The notes under the pieces are model-generated. The model ran no database searches. It saw nothing but the letters and a program-made list of their open reading frames with translations, and had not been told where the DNA came from. A stretch of 64,000 bases of DNA from an uncultured Verrucomicrobiota bacterium (GTDB lineage Bacteria; Verrucomicrobiota; Verrucomicrobiia; Limisphaerales; JAEYXS01): contig CAZPUL010000008.1 of assembly GCA_964589735.1 (NCBI GenBank), positions 1,213-65,212 of the forward strand. The letters are read 5' to 3'. The stretch's first letter is position 1. Each line of letters starts with the position of its first letter. Below are positions 40,301 to 48,900 of the stretch, one piece after another. The position numbers and the translations under genes are program-made.

Positions 40301-40660
40301 AACACCGCGTGGATTCACCTCGATAAATTCCTCGCCGTGCTGGGCCTGACCCGAGAAGACATCATTTCAGCCGATGACCAAAAGATCACCGCCGCCATTC
40401 GCACACTCGCGGCTAAGCTCCCTACCTACATCACGTTGAAAGATGTTAAAAAACGCTGGGGCCATGGCCAGGAAGACGTCTTCCCCGTCGCCCAGTTTGA
40501 AAAACTCTGGGGCGACCTCACCGCCCTGCCGGAGGTCGACAGCCGCTTCGTCGTCGTCCCTCGCTCACGCGGTCAGCAGCTCAAAGACCCGGCCCAACTC
40601 GATGGTTGGCTCCGCGATGGTTCTGCTGCCTATGTGGAAAACTTGTCTGCTTGGGGATAA
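37310..40660 (+). CDS. 1116-aa fusion: unknown N-terminal region + fucokinase-like GHMP kinase + UDPGP-type sugar-1-phosphate uridylyltransferase
   Basis: GHMP motif II-like 'PKGSRLAVSTNLLGS', fucokinase-like 'GGSGGGWQDSGG', motif III-like 'LGGMSGGGMGFIF'. UDPGP motifs 'SLAAGAGSRWTGGAG' and 'LMLHNIDTLGA'. Confidence 0.65.
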   Translation: MSSLLNLITSPDAATRNQSLDAFARTASLDELLTACAELDTFRRRADNLYERVRALFFLYALHRFHIPNKLGSANLRNENSNAQIPFPGYEQLLNRRFEEAIDIFLKSQSTDGPSDGISSALAAAYHRLAFQTLADQVRRSVRSVRGNQWMFRMGHPADQPLRLRPELLHRASDGTYPILREQTPVRMDLTHSAWSDIFFLGMDYPEGAKVLNISVDLGVHGRDNATRPPVSAWLRVIDEPVLRLTSVDLGATADINSLSDIFDFAKDYLGLLKAAVIASGIVPPGIEGSGQSLAELLARIVGPGKGLEIVSCVNDIPKGSRLAVSTNLLGSLISVCMRATGQAASLTGPLEESERRLVLARALLGEWLGGSGGGWQDSGGVWPGIKLITGVAAHEEDPEFSISRGRLMPTHHVFSRDEIPDSARQALQDSLVVVHGGMAQNVGPILEMVTEKYLLRSEAEWHGRQEALSVLDEVISALKRGDIKAVGAATTRNFRQPIQTIIPWASTYFTEQLIAKAEAAFGRDFWGFWMLGGMSGGGMGFIFAPERKREAQQRMQQIMLETKRELQHALPFAMDPVVFDYSINEHGTVADLLHGDHAIMPANYYALTVPGMLRQDLQSLPISRRAELDKFGAAARNKPELRGMVQNLFDILLPKGKSEKTQGASLDELLEQNGFDRNQHEQIRTDLKEGRIGLAQNRLRADTQIEDLASSEVTELSADLVNRKSEIINLGEQALRNGELAIISLAAGAGSRWTGGAGTCKALHPFAKLAGKHRTFIETHLAKSRQASQKYGTSIPHVFTTGYLTHQPTVDFLNRVKNYGYEGPLHLSPGKSVGQRFIPTVRDLRFQWEEMPQQRLDEQQQKVRDSLRHALMNWARGAGEASDYTDNLPLQCLHPVGHFYEVPNLLRNGVMAALLKGRPQLKYLMLHNIDTLGANPDPALLGQHIQSGACLTFEVITRRLEDRGGGLAKVNGRVRFVEGLAMPREEAEFRLSYYNSNTAWIHLDKFLAVLGLTREDIISADDQKITAAIRTLAAKLPTYITLKDVKKRWGHGQEDVFPVAQFEKLWGDLTALPEVDSRFVVVPRSRGQQLKDPAQLDGWLRDGSAAYVENLSAWG

Positions 40661-40748
40661 ATTGCTAGCGCACCAAATGACACACCTGCCAATAAAAAAT
40701 TTTCCGCTTTCTACGATACTTTTTAGCTCTTCTCGATGCTCCCCACGA

Positions 40749-40778
40749 TCCGTGTGAATCCGTGTTCCATCTGTGGCT
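40749..40778. repeat. short intergenic repeat-like element (CCGTGTGAATCCGTGTTCCATCTGTGGC)
   Basis: Internal direct repeat CCGTGT..CCGTGT followed by CCATCTGTGG. It resembles the abundant PVC 'IRVHPW'-type intergenic repeats. Only one copy is present in this window. Confidence 0.3.
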
Positions 40779-40819
40779 AAAAACAATTCTCTCTGTGCCC
40801 TCCGTGTCTCAGTGGTGAT

Positions 40820-41917
40820 CTATTTTCTCCCAATCAACTCCCCCACCGGCTTCCCCGCCTGCGGCACCTCCGCGCAATAATCCAGCCCGAGGAAAGCAGC
40901 CACCGTTGCCGCAACCTGGTTCTGTCCGTAGTTGCTGAGATTCGTCCGCTCACCCAACGCCGGTGTGTCTGGCCCCAACGCGCCCAGCCAGATATGGTCC
41001 GCACCGATGATGGCTGCACCGTGATTTTTCCAGTCGCTCTTACCCGCTCCCCGGCCATGATCCACCGTGATGACAAACGTTGTCTTGTCCTTGTATTCCG
41101 GCAGCGATTGCACCGTCTCCCACAACTTCTTGATCATCCCATCCGCCCGTCGCGCCGATTCCAGCACCAGATCATAACGACCTTCATGCGCCCAATCATC
41201 CGTATCGCCAAACGACAGATACATCAGCCGTGGCTTCAGCGTGCGTAGGTTCTCGATTGCTGCATGAAACATAAACGAATCGGGTAACACCCCTTTAAAG
41301 ACCTGGACCGAATCAGCTGACAATTCGCGCAAAAGATCATTGTTGCCACCTTTAGGCAGCTTCTGAAACGACTCGATATCGGAATATACCGGCAGGCCGC
41401 TCCGCTCCACGTTGAAGATATACGGAAACACATCCCAGCAAGTGAACGCCACCACCTTGCCCTTGAACGCCGGCTTGCCATTCAACCATTCCAGCATCGT
41501 CACATTCGGATTCGGCCGCTTCGCATTGCTGTTGATCCGCCGGTCAGGAAACCCACAGAGCAGCTCGTTGTAACCCGGATACGAGAAATTCATCCCGTTC
41601 GTCACCCGCACCGCACTGCCCTTGTTCGTATTGCCGAGCAATTGCCCCTGCTTCGCCACCACACTCCATAAGAACGGCATCAACGCCTCGCGCCGCGCCT
41701 CCGGCGTCTCCTGCCAATAAGTCTGGCGGACGCTGTTCGTATCTTTCACCCCGCCGTTCTCCTTGTTCAGCAAAAGCTCCTCCGCGCCCGTGAACACCTC
41801 TTGCCACCGCAAACCATCCAACGTGATAAAGATCACGTTTTTCGTCTTCAGTTCAGCCGCCGAAACCTGAAAACCGCCCAAAATCATCAATGCAATCGCC
41901 AACAGTATTTGTCGCAT
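40820..41917 (-). CDS. exported alkaline-phosphatase-superfamily metalloenzyme (phosphodiesterase/phosphatase-like)
   Basis: 'VIFITLDGLRWQE', 'FGDTDDWAHEG' and 'TVDHGRG'. Confidence 0.65.
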   Translation of the reverse strand: MRQILLAIALMILGGFQVSAAELKTKNVIFITLDGLRWQEVFTGAEELLLNKENGGVKDTNSVRQTYWQETPEARREALMPFLWSVVAKQGQLLGNTNKGSAVRVTNGMNFSYPGYNELLCGFPDRRINSNAKRPNPNVTMLEWLNGKPAFKGKVVAFTCWDVFPYIFNVERSGLPVYSDIESFQKLPKGGNNDLLRELSADSVQVFKGVLPDSFMFHAAIENLRTLKPRLMYLSFGDTDDWAHEGRYDLVLESARRADGMIKKLWETVQSLPEYKDKTTFVITVDHGRGAGKSDWKNHGAAIIGADHIWLGALGPDTPALGERTNLSNYGQNQVAATVAAFLGLDYCAEVPQAGKPVGELIGRK

Positions 41918-41926
41918 AAGTCCTAA

Positions 41927-41966
41927 GAGAAAAAACGCGTCGAACTATTTCCAAATTCGACGCGTT
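41927..41966 (-). terminator. rho-independent terminator after the esterase gene
   Basis: Minus strand: ACGCGTCGAA-n11-TTCGACGCGT followed by TTTTTTCTCTT. Confidence 0.75.
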
Positions 41967-41997
41967 TCAGATTCTTCCATTCGGCCGATAATTCAGG

Positions 41998-42900
41998 CTA
42001 TTTCTTATAATCCCGCCACATCCACCGCATCGCCTCCGGGAACAACTGCGTGCCGTGATTCGCGCTATGCACGCCTTCGCCGAACACGAACTTGTGGTCA
42101 TACCCCTTCTCCTTCAACGCCGCCGCCATCGCCTTGTTTGCTTCCGGCCAGGAACCAAACTGATTCACGATGTCATTGGATCCATCCTGCTGGAAGATGC
42201 GGATCGGCTTCTTTTCCGTGTTCCTCACCAGCTCAGGATACTTATTTCCCCCGCGGATGTTAGTAAAGCTGCCCACCGTGGTGAAGCACTTGCGGAACTG
42301 GTCCGGCCGCTCCCAGCAAACCGTCCACGCGCAGATGCCGCCTGAACTGCTGCCCGCAATACACCGGCCTTCCGGGTCCTTCGTCAGGTTATACTTCTTG
42401 CCCACCTCCGGCAAAATCTCCTCCAGCAGAAACTTGGAATACACATCGCTCAACGTATCATACTCCACACTGCGGTTCGCCGGTGAAGCCGGGCGCCCAT
42501 CCGGACGCTTGCGCGGCGGTTCACCCGGCTTCAACGGCTTGTCACCCGGACGGATGAAGATACCGATCGTCACCGGCATCTCCTTCTTGTGGATCAGATT
42601 ATCAAACACCGTCGGCGCCTTGTACATCACACCATCCTGGCAGACGAACACACATGCGGGTTTGCTCGCATTATACTGCGCCGGGACATAGACGGAATAT
42701 TTCCGCACCGTTCCCGGGTAAATCTTGCTGTTGTTCCACTCGTATTCCGTGACCTTCCCCTTCGGCACACCCGGCTGCTCCAGCGAGTCTGGCGTGAGCT
42801 TCTTGTATTGGTCATCGGGAGAAGGAGCCTTGGGCGCATCGGCTGCGTGCAAAAAAGATGCCGCCAGCAAAACGGTGCAAAAGAGCACTGGAGATTTCAT
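41998..42900 (-). CDS. exported esterase (paralogue of 24768-25649)
   Basis: 'GSSSGGICAWTVCWERPDQFRKCFTTVGSF'. The architecture matches the first copy. Confidence 0.8.
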   Translation of the reverse strand: MKSPVLFCTVLLAASFLHAADAPKAPSPDDQYKKLTPDSLEQPGVPKGKVTEYEWNNSKIYPGTVRKYSVYVPAQYNASKPACVFVCQDGVMYKAPTVFDNLIHKKEMPVTIGIFIRPGDKPLKPGEPPRKRPDGRPASPANRSVEYDTLSDVYSKFLLEEILPEVGKKYNLTKDPEGRCIAGSSSGGICAWTVCWERPDQFRKCFTTVGSFTNIRGGNKYPELVRNTEKKPIRIFQQDGSNDIVNQFGSWPEANKAMAAALKEKGYDHKFVFGEGVHSANHGTQLFPEAMRWMWRDYKK

Positions 42901-42953
42901 GATGCGCGAGTTTTGCCACGTGCCTTTAGAACTGCAAGCGGCGAATCAATGTG

Positions 42954-42974
42954 CTGCTGGCATCTTGCCAGCAG
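42954..42974. repeat. REP-like hairpin CTGCTGGCA-tct-TGCCAGCAG
   Basis: Perfect 9-bp stem with the same loop and stem-top as 9456-9476. No U-tract follows. Confidence 0.5.
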
Positions 42975-43048
42975 TAGAGGTTCACGAAAAGCAAACGGCT
43001 AGGCCACATTGCGCCCGCCCCGACTTTCTCAGCCAGATGCAGCTAGAA

Positions 43049-44944
43049 TCAATAATCGAACACGCTGATCTCACGGTTTGCCTTGCGCAGCTTGCGGCAA
43101 AGCCCAAGCGCCAGGTTCCTCAGCAAGGTGATCTTGATGTCCGGATGCGTTTTCCCCAAAGCCTCAAAATCCTCCAACGTCAGCAGCTCGCACCGCACAT
43201 CCGTATCCGCCGTCACCACCGCCGAACGCGGGGCCCGGTCCAGCATCGCCATCTCGCCGAATGCCATGCCCGGTGAAAACGTCGCGATGCGTTTCTCTTG
43301 TCCGCTGGCCAAGGTGACCGTGACACTGGTGCTGCCGGAACGCAGGAAGAACAGTTCCTTCGCCTCTTCCCCAAATCTTACGATCACCTCGCCGCGGGCA
43401 TATTTCTTATGCACCAGCAATTTCTTGATCGCTTCACGCTGTTTCGCATCCAGCCCCTCGAACAGCTCGAAATCCTCCGCCACCCCGTCCAATTCAGAAG
43501 ACCAGACCGGCAGATATTGGCCCAAGATCTGGTTTTCGCACCATTCCAAAGCCGGATCCATATCGGGAAAAGTCTGATAAATCCGCTCAAAACGGTCCTT
43601 CAGCTTGATGCGCATGTAACGGCGCAAGCCTGGCACCTTGCCCGTATTCGTGAACAGCACGGGCTTGTCCAGTTCCGTCAGCTTCATCACGAGGTCGTAG
43701 ATGAGATGACTGGCGCTTTCGTTCAGGCCGAGGGTGTGTTTGAAATCCAGCACCAGATATTCCATCCCCGCCATGTGATCCATGATGTCACGCACCACGA
43801 CATCGGCGGTCGAAAACGCCATTTGCCCCTGTAACTGATAAGCCAGGATCGCCCGGCCATGTTCCCGCAGCAACTTGGCCTCTTCCGCCGTGCGCACCCG
43901 GCTGGAATTCACTTCCGCGCCATTGAAACGGAGCCGGATGACCGACCGGCCTGCCAATGGAGTGTTGAACAGGTGCAGATCCAGATGCCGCGAGATGGCA
44001 TCGCACACTTTGATGCCGCGCACGCTGTTGCCATGCTCGTCCAGCCGCGGCGAGAAAACCCCGATGCCCATTTGCCCCGGCAGCACCGCGATGATCCCGC
44101 CCGCCACGCCGCTCTTGGCCGGCATGCCGACGCGATAGATCCACTCACCGGCATAATCATACATGCCGCACGAGCCCATCACGCTCAAAACGCTCTCGAC
44201 ATACTCGCCGCGCATGGCTTGCTTGCCCGTGACCGGATTCACGCCCCGGTTCGCCAAGGTAGCAGCCATCACCGCCAGATCCCGGCAAGTCACTGAGATG
44301 GAACACTGCTTGAAATACAGGTCCACCACTGGCTCCGGCGGTTCGGTCAGGATGTCAAAGTTCCGCAGCATGTGGCCGATGGCCCGGTTCCGATGCCCCG
44401 TCTCGTTCTCGGAACGATAAATCTCCTCGTCCAAGGCAAGCTGTCGGCCAGCCAGTGTGGAAAAAGTCTGCAAGACGCGGTTGAAACGGATCTGCTGTGT
44501 CTTGCCCGCGATCAAACCCGCCGTGGCGATCGCCCCCGCATTGATCATCGGATTGCGCGGCCGCCCCGTGCCCTGCTCCAGGCTGATGGCATTGAACACA
44601 TCACCCGTAGGCTCCACGCCCACCTTGGACATCACCACCGCCCGCGTGTTGTCCTCCAGCGCCATGCCATAGACAAACGGCTTGGAGATGGATTGGATCG
44701 TGAACTCCTGCTGGCTGTCACCCACCTCGTAAACATGTCCGCCCGCCGTGACGATGCAAATCCCGAACCAGTCCGGATTCGCCTTCGCCAGCTCAGGGAT
44801 GTACGTCGCCACATTGCCCGTCTGCACTTCGGCATAAGATTGGTGCAGATGCTTGAGATAATCGATGACCGGTGACGAGATGGCCGAGTCGGCAAGCGGA
44901 CTCTTCTTCGTGTCCGGCTGGGCTACAGTTGAAGCTTGGGTCAT
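43049..44944 (-). CDS. glsA: glutaminase A fused to a STAS-like domain and a cyclic-nucleotide-binding domain
   Basis: Glutaminase 'YIPELAKANPDWFGICIVT...QSISKPFVYGMALED'. C-terminal cNMP signature 'FGEMAMLDRAPRSAVVTA'. Central 'LVLDFKHTLGLNESA' is STAS-like. Confidence 0.85.
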   Translation of the reverse strand: MTQASTVAQPDTKKSPLADSAISSPVIDYLKHLHQSYAEVQTGNVATYIPELAKANPDWFGICIVTAGGHVYEVGDSQQEFTIQSISKPFVYGMALEDNTRAVVMSKVGVEPTGDVFNAISLEQGTGRPRNPMINAGAIATAGLIAGKTQQIRFNRVLQTFSTLAGRQLALDEEIYRSENETGHRNRAIGHMLRNFDILTEPPEPVVDLYFKQCSISVTCRDLAVMAATLANRGVNPVTGKQAMRGEYVESVLSVMGSCGMYDYAGEWIYRVGMPAKSGVAGGIIAVLPGQMGIGVFSPRLDEHGNSVRGIKVCDAISRHLDLHLFNTPLAGRSVIRLRFNGAEVNSSRVRTAEEAKLLREHGRAILAYQLQGQMAFSTADVVVRDIMDHMAGMEYLVLDFKHTLGLNESASHLIYDLVMKLTELDKPVLFTNTGKVPGLRRYMRIKLKDRFERIYQTFPDMDPALEWCENQILGQYLPVWSSELDGVAEDFELFEGLDAKQREAIKKLLVHKKYARGEVIVRFGEEAKELFFLRSGSTSVTVTLASGQEKRIATFSPGMAFGEMAMLDRAPRSAVVTADTDVRCELLTLEDFEALGKTHPDIKITLLRNLALGLCRKLRKANREISVFDY

Positions 44945-45138
44945 GTCAGGAAGCTGCGGTTAAAGTTACCCATTGTTGAAGACAGGAAAAGACGACGCCC
45001 AGGAGATCGGGCACCGGAGACAATTCTGCCAATCGAAGCCAAATCAGTTCTTTGATTGCACAGCAGCATCTCGCGCGGCGATTTATGCCGCGTGGCCATT
45101 CGAGCCGCAAGCACTCAATGGGCAAAATGCATGAAAAA

Positions 45139-45465
45139 TTATCCCAATTCTTGCTGTAACGCCACTTGGAGCTTCTGAGCGCACTCCTTCGAACACAGTT
45201 GAAACATCGCATCCTTCCCCGCCTTCTTCGCCGGGGAATCTTCTGTGACGACCATCATCGCCACCGTTTTCCCTGCTGAAAACAGCAATAAAGGTTGCAC
45301 GCTGCCCGGGGCAAACTCTTTGAACGCCTCCGGTCGGAGGCTGATGCTGATGGCAAACGCCGGGGCCTGCGGCTTGATGATGGCCGCACACCAGGCACAG
45401 CGGTTCCGCCACTTCTTCGGATCCCACTCACCCTTTTTCTTGGCTGTTTTCCTCGGAACACTCAT
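45139..45465 (-). CDS. small basic Cys4 protein (108 aa), unknown function, last gene of the bio operon
   Basis: ATG at 45465 lies 7 nt after the bioA stop. Contains 'CAWC' and 'CSKEC', a putative Zn site. Confidence 0.45.
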   Translation of the reverse strand: MSVPRKTAKKKGEWDPKKWRNRCAWCAAIIKPQAPAFAISISLRPEAFKEFAPGSVQPLLLFSAGKTVAMMVVTEDSPAKKAGKDAMFQLCSKECAQKLQVALQQELG

Positions 45466-45472
45466 GATTTCT

Positions 45473-46933
45473 TCACTTGGCAAAAACTTCTTCGATCGCT
45501 TCCAGTAATACAGCAACCATCCGCTTCATCTGGATCGGTGTTGTGCAATAGGGCGGCATCAGCGCGATCACACTCCCGATCGGCCGGGTCAACACCCCCC
45601 GCTTGGCCATAGCCCTACATACCCGTATCCCCGCCTGCTCTTTAAGGTCAAACGGTTTTCGCGTGCGCCACTCCTTCACCAATTCAACACCCGCCACCAG
45701 CCCCACCTGCCGCACATCCCCCACATAAGGTGAAGCCCATAGCATCTTCAACGCCTCATGCATGGTTTGCTGCAAAGCTGCCCGGGCACGCAAAGATTGC
45801 TTTTCCTCCAGCAAATCAAGGCTAGCCAATCCGGCCGCCGCACCTAGCTGATTCCCCGTATAGCTGTGCCCGTGGAAGAATGTTTTGAACTCGTGATACT
45901 CGCCTAGGAAAGCATCAAAAATCTTCTGCGTCGTCAGCGTCGCCGCCATCGGCAGATAACCACCCGTAAGCCCTTTCGCCAGACACAGGAAATCCGGTTC
46001 CACTTCCGGCCGCTGACAGGCGAAAAGCGTTTTGCTCACCGGCCGGTTCTCCGCCCGGATGATCGCCTCCCGATGCACCCGGCAACTGATACCCGTGCGC
46101 CCAAAGCCCGTCATCACCTCATCCGCGATCAGCAATGCCCCATGCGCTTTGGCAATATCAGTCGTCTTTTTCAACCACCCCGAAGGCTGCGGTACCATGC
46201 CCGCCGCACCTTGCATCAAGGGCTCGAACACATAACCGGCGTAAGCATTTCCTTTCTTCTTCTGCTTGGCAAATGCCTGCTCGACCTTGCCTACGCACTC
46301 CCAGTTGCATTTCCGATACGTCCGCGCGTCCGCCCGCTCTGGCTTCGCTTTGTTGAACGGACAACGGTAGCAATACGGTGCCATCACCTTGTCCGCCTGG
46401 AACAACAACCCTGAATAGGCTTTGTGAAAGAGATCGATATGTCCCACACTCACCGCGCCCACCGTATCGCCATGATACGCACCTTGGAGCGATAGAAACT
46501 TGGGTTTCTTGCTCTTACCGGTGCGTCGCGTGAATTCATACGCCAGCTTCAACGCCACTTCCAACGCCGTGGAACCGTTATCTGAATAGAACACTTTGGC
46601 AAAGTGCGCGCTTTTGCCTTTCTTCCCAGTGTTCGCCGCCTTCACCAATCGCTCTGCCAGAAAGGACGCCGGTTCATTCGCCAGTCCCAAAGCCGAGCTG
46701 TGCGATATCTTGCCGAGCTGTTTCTTGATCGCCGCATTGATCTTCGGATGCGCGTGCCCGTGCAGATTCGTCCAGATGGAGGCATTACCATCCAGATATT
46801 CTTTACCCTTGGTGTCACGTAACACCGCCCCTTTACCGGAGGCGATGACGATCGGCTCCGTGCGAAGCCAGTCGCGCATCTGGGTGAACGGATGCCAGAC
46901 GTATTGCTGGTCAAGTCGGGCGGGCGTCTTCAT
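45473..46933 (-). CDS. bioA: adenosylmethionine-8-amino-7-oxononanoate aminotransferase
   Basis: 'YVWHPFTQM', 'ADEVMTGFGRTG' and 'LCLAKGLTGGYLP'. Carries an approximately 20-aa insertion after GRTG. Confidence 0.9.
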   Translation of the reverse strand: MKTPARLDQQYVWHPFTQMRDWLRTEPIVIASGKGAVLRDTKGKEYLDGNASIWTNLHGHAHPKINAAIKKQLGKISHSSALGLANEPASFLAERLVKAANTGKKGKSAHFAKVFYSDNGSTALEVALKLAYEFTRRTGKSKKPKFLSLQGAYHGDTVGAVSVGHIDLFHKAYSGLLFQADKVMAPYCYRCPFNKAKPERADARTYRKCNWECVGKVEQAFAKQKKKGNAYAGYVFEPLMQGAAGMVPQPSGWLKKTTDIAKAHGALLIADEVMTGFGRTGISCRVHREAIIRAENRPVSKTLFACQRPEVEPDFLCLAKGLTGGYLPMAATLTTQKIFDAFLGEYHEFKTFFHGHSYTGNQLGAAAGLASLDLLEEKQSLRARAALQQTMHEALKMLWASPYVGDVRQVGLVAGVELVKEWRTRKPFDLKEQAGIRVCRAMAKRGVLTRPIGSVIALMPPYCTTPIQMKRMVAVLLEAIEEVFAK

Positions 46934-48185
46934 CAGTCCATCCTTCGGGAAATTCGTGCATCGTCTCCGCCATGATGCGGCAGAGCAATTTGATCTGTTC
47001 GACCTCATGATTGGCAGTCATCGAAACCCGTAACCGCGCCTTGCCCATCGCCACGGTGGGATAACGGATGGCCGGCACATAGATGCCTTTCTTGAGCAGT
47101 TCCGCCGCCACTTTGCGCGCGCGATTCTCCTTGCCCAACAAAACTGGCACGATCGCACTCTGCGTCGGTGGCGGTGTGATGCCTTGCGCGAGCAATTCTG
47201 ATTTCAAATGGTCGATCAATGACCACACGCGTTGCCGCCGCGTCTCCCCTTCTTCGCTTTGGATCAGCCGGATGCCCGCCGAGGCCGCCGCTGCCACGGC
47301 GGGCAAAGGCGCGGTGGAAAAGATAAAACTGCGCGCTTTGTTCAAGAGAAAATTGATGAGCGTGGCATTCCCCGCCACATAACCACCTGCTGCCCCGATG
47401 GCTTTGCCGAGCGTGCCGAAATGAATGTCGATGTCATCATGCATCTCAAAGGCTTCGGCCAGGCCTTTTCTCTGTTCACCAAACAAGCCTACCGAATGCG
47501 CCTCATCCACCAGCAACCAGCCGCCGTATTGGTGCGTGATCTCCGCGATGTTCTTCAATGGTGCCAAATCGCCATCCATGGAAAAGACGCTTTCCGTGAT
47601 GACCAGAATGCGCTTGGCCTGATGGGACTCCCCCTGAAAACGCGTCGTCCACTTGAGGATCGCCTCCAGTTTTTGCAGGTCATTGTGCGCGAACACTCTC
47701 AGCTTGGCTCCCGACAGCCGTGCGCCATCGATCAGACAGGCGTGCGCCAGCTTGTCGAGGATCACCACATCATCACGCCCCACCAAAGCACTGATCGTGC
47801 CCACGGCAGCCGCGTAACCGGAAGAAAATGCCAGTGCTGCCTCCGTCCCCTTGAATGTCGCAATGGTCTCCTCCAGTTCCACATGCGGCCGGATGTTGCC
47901 GCAAATCAGCCGTGAAGCCCCCGAGCCTACGCCGTATTTCTCGACCGCTTTGATGGCCGCTTCCTTGAGGATCGGATGATTCGCCAGTCCCAGATAATCG
48001 TTGGAGGAAAAATTAAGGCACTCGCTGCCTTCCACCTGGATGTTCACCCCTTGCGGTGAATCCACCTCACGCAAATGACGCATCAGGCCCAGCTCGACGA
48101 TCTCATCGAGCTGGTCATCCAGCGAACCGGAAAGGCTATGTTTCTTCGACGCCACGGTGCGGCTATTATGCGGGTTCAGGTCCAA
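46911..48185 (-). CDS. bioF: 8-amino-7-oxononanoate synthase
   Basis: 'LNFSSNDYLGL', 'DEAHSVG' and 'GTLGKA'. The first codon is TTG, and the N-terminus is needed for homology. Confidence 0.88.
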   Translation of the reverse strand: MDLNPHNSRTVASKKHSLSGSLDDQLDEIVELGLMRHLREVDSPQGVNIQVEGSECLNFSSNDYLGLANHPILKEAAIKAVEKYGVGSGASRLICGNIRPHVELEETIATFKGTEAALAFSSGYAAAVGTISALVGRDDVVILDKLAHACLIDGARLSGAKLRVFAHNDLQKLEAILKWTTRFQGESHQAKRILVITESVFSMDGDLAPLKNIAEITHQYGGWLLVDEAHSVGLFGEQRKGLAEAFEMHDDIDIHFGTLGKAIGAAGGYVAGNATLINFLLNKARSFIFSTAPLPAVAAAASAGIRLIQSEEGETRRQRVWSLIDHLKSELLAQGITPPPTQSAIVPVLLGKENRARKVAAELLKKGIYVPAIRYPTVAMGKARLRVSMTANHEVEQIKLLCRIMAETMHEFPEGWTDEDARPT

Positions 48186-48895
48186 GGTGCAATGCGGCTG
48201 TCGAGCTGGAAAACCTGACCGGAAACATTCTTCATCTCCGCCAGCAGTGCGATAAAGCGGGCCACTTCCGCGACTTCATTGATACGGCCCAGAGCATTCG
48301 CTTCGGCAAAAGCAGTCATGACCTCGGTGGATAAATCCGCCGTCATCGGCGTCGGCAGCACACCGGGCAAGATAACATTCGCCTGCACATTGCGTGTGCC
48401 GCTTTCCTTGGCCAGTGATTGCGTGAAACCGATCAATGCCGCCTTGGCTGCAGTATAAGCCACCTGCCCGCGCGGACCGGCGCGGGCCGCAAAGCTGGAT
48501 ATGTTGATGATATGCCCCGAACGCTGCTTGAGCATGCTGCGAATGGCGGCTTTGGAACAAAGGAACGCGCCCCGCAAGCTCACATCCATCACTCGTTCCC
48601 AATCCTCATCGGTCGTCTGCGGCAAGGTTTGGTTGATGGTCAGTCCCGCATTGTTCACCAGCAGATCAATGCGTCCCCAGCGCGCCAAAACCAGCTCCAG
48701 CGCCGTGGTCACACTCTCTGCTGAAGTCACATCCAACGCCACGGGCATGACCGTATCCGTTGCTGGTAACGCCTTCCTATGCCAGCCCGCCGCGACGAAC
48801 CAGCCACGCTGTACCAGTTCTTCCACCACAGCAGATCCCAAGCCCCCGGCAGCGCCTGTGACGATTGCGACTTGTTTCGTTTTCTCTTCCGTCAT
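48176..48895 (-). CDS. SDR-family oxidoreductase (FabG-like)
   Basis: 'VAIVTGAAGGLGSA', 'NNAG' and 'YTAAKAA'. The ATG at 48895 is preferred over the GTG at 48904. Confidence 0.85.
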   Translation of the reverse strand: MTEEKTKQVAIVTGAAGGLGSAVVEELVQRGWFVAAGWHRKALPATDTVMPVALDVTSAESVTTALELVLARWGRIDLLVNNAGLTINQTLPQTTDEDWERVMDVSLRGAFLCSKAAIRSMLKQRSGHIINISSFAARAGPRGQVAYTAAKAALIGFTQSLAKESGTRNVQANVILPGVLPTPMTADLSTEVMTAFAEANALGRINEVAEVARFIALLAEMKNVSGQVFQLDSRIAPWT

Positions 48896-48900
48896 GTTTA

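Noticed and set aside
24768-42900. The two esterase paralogues (24768-25649 and 41998-42900) and the two sulfatases as a segmental duplication
   Set aside because: Similarity is at the protein-motif level only. The flanking genes differ and the nucleotide sequences are clearly diverged, so these are old paralogues rather than a recent duplication.
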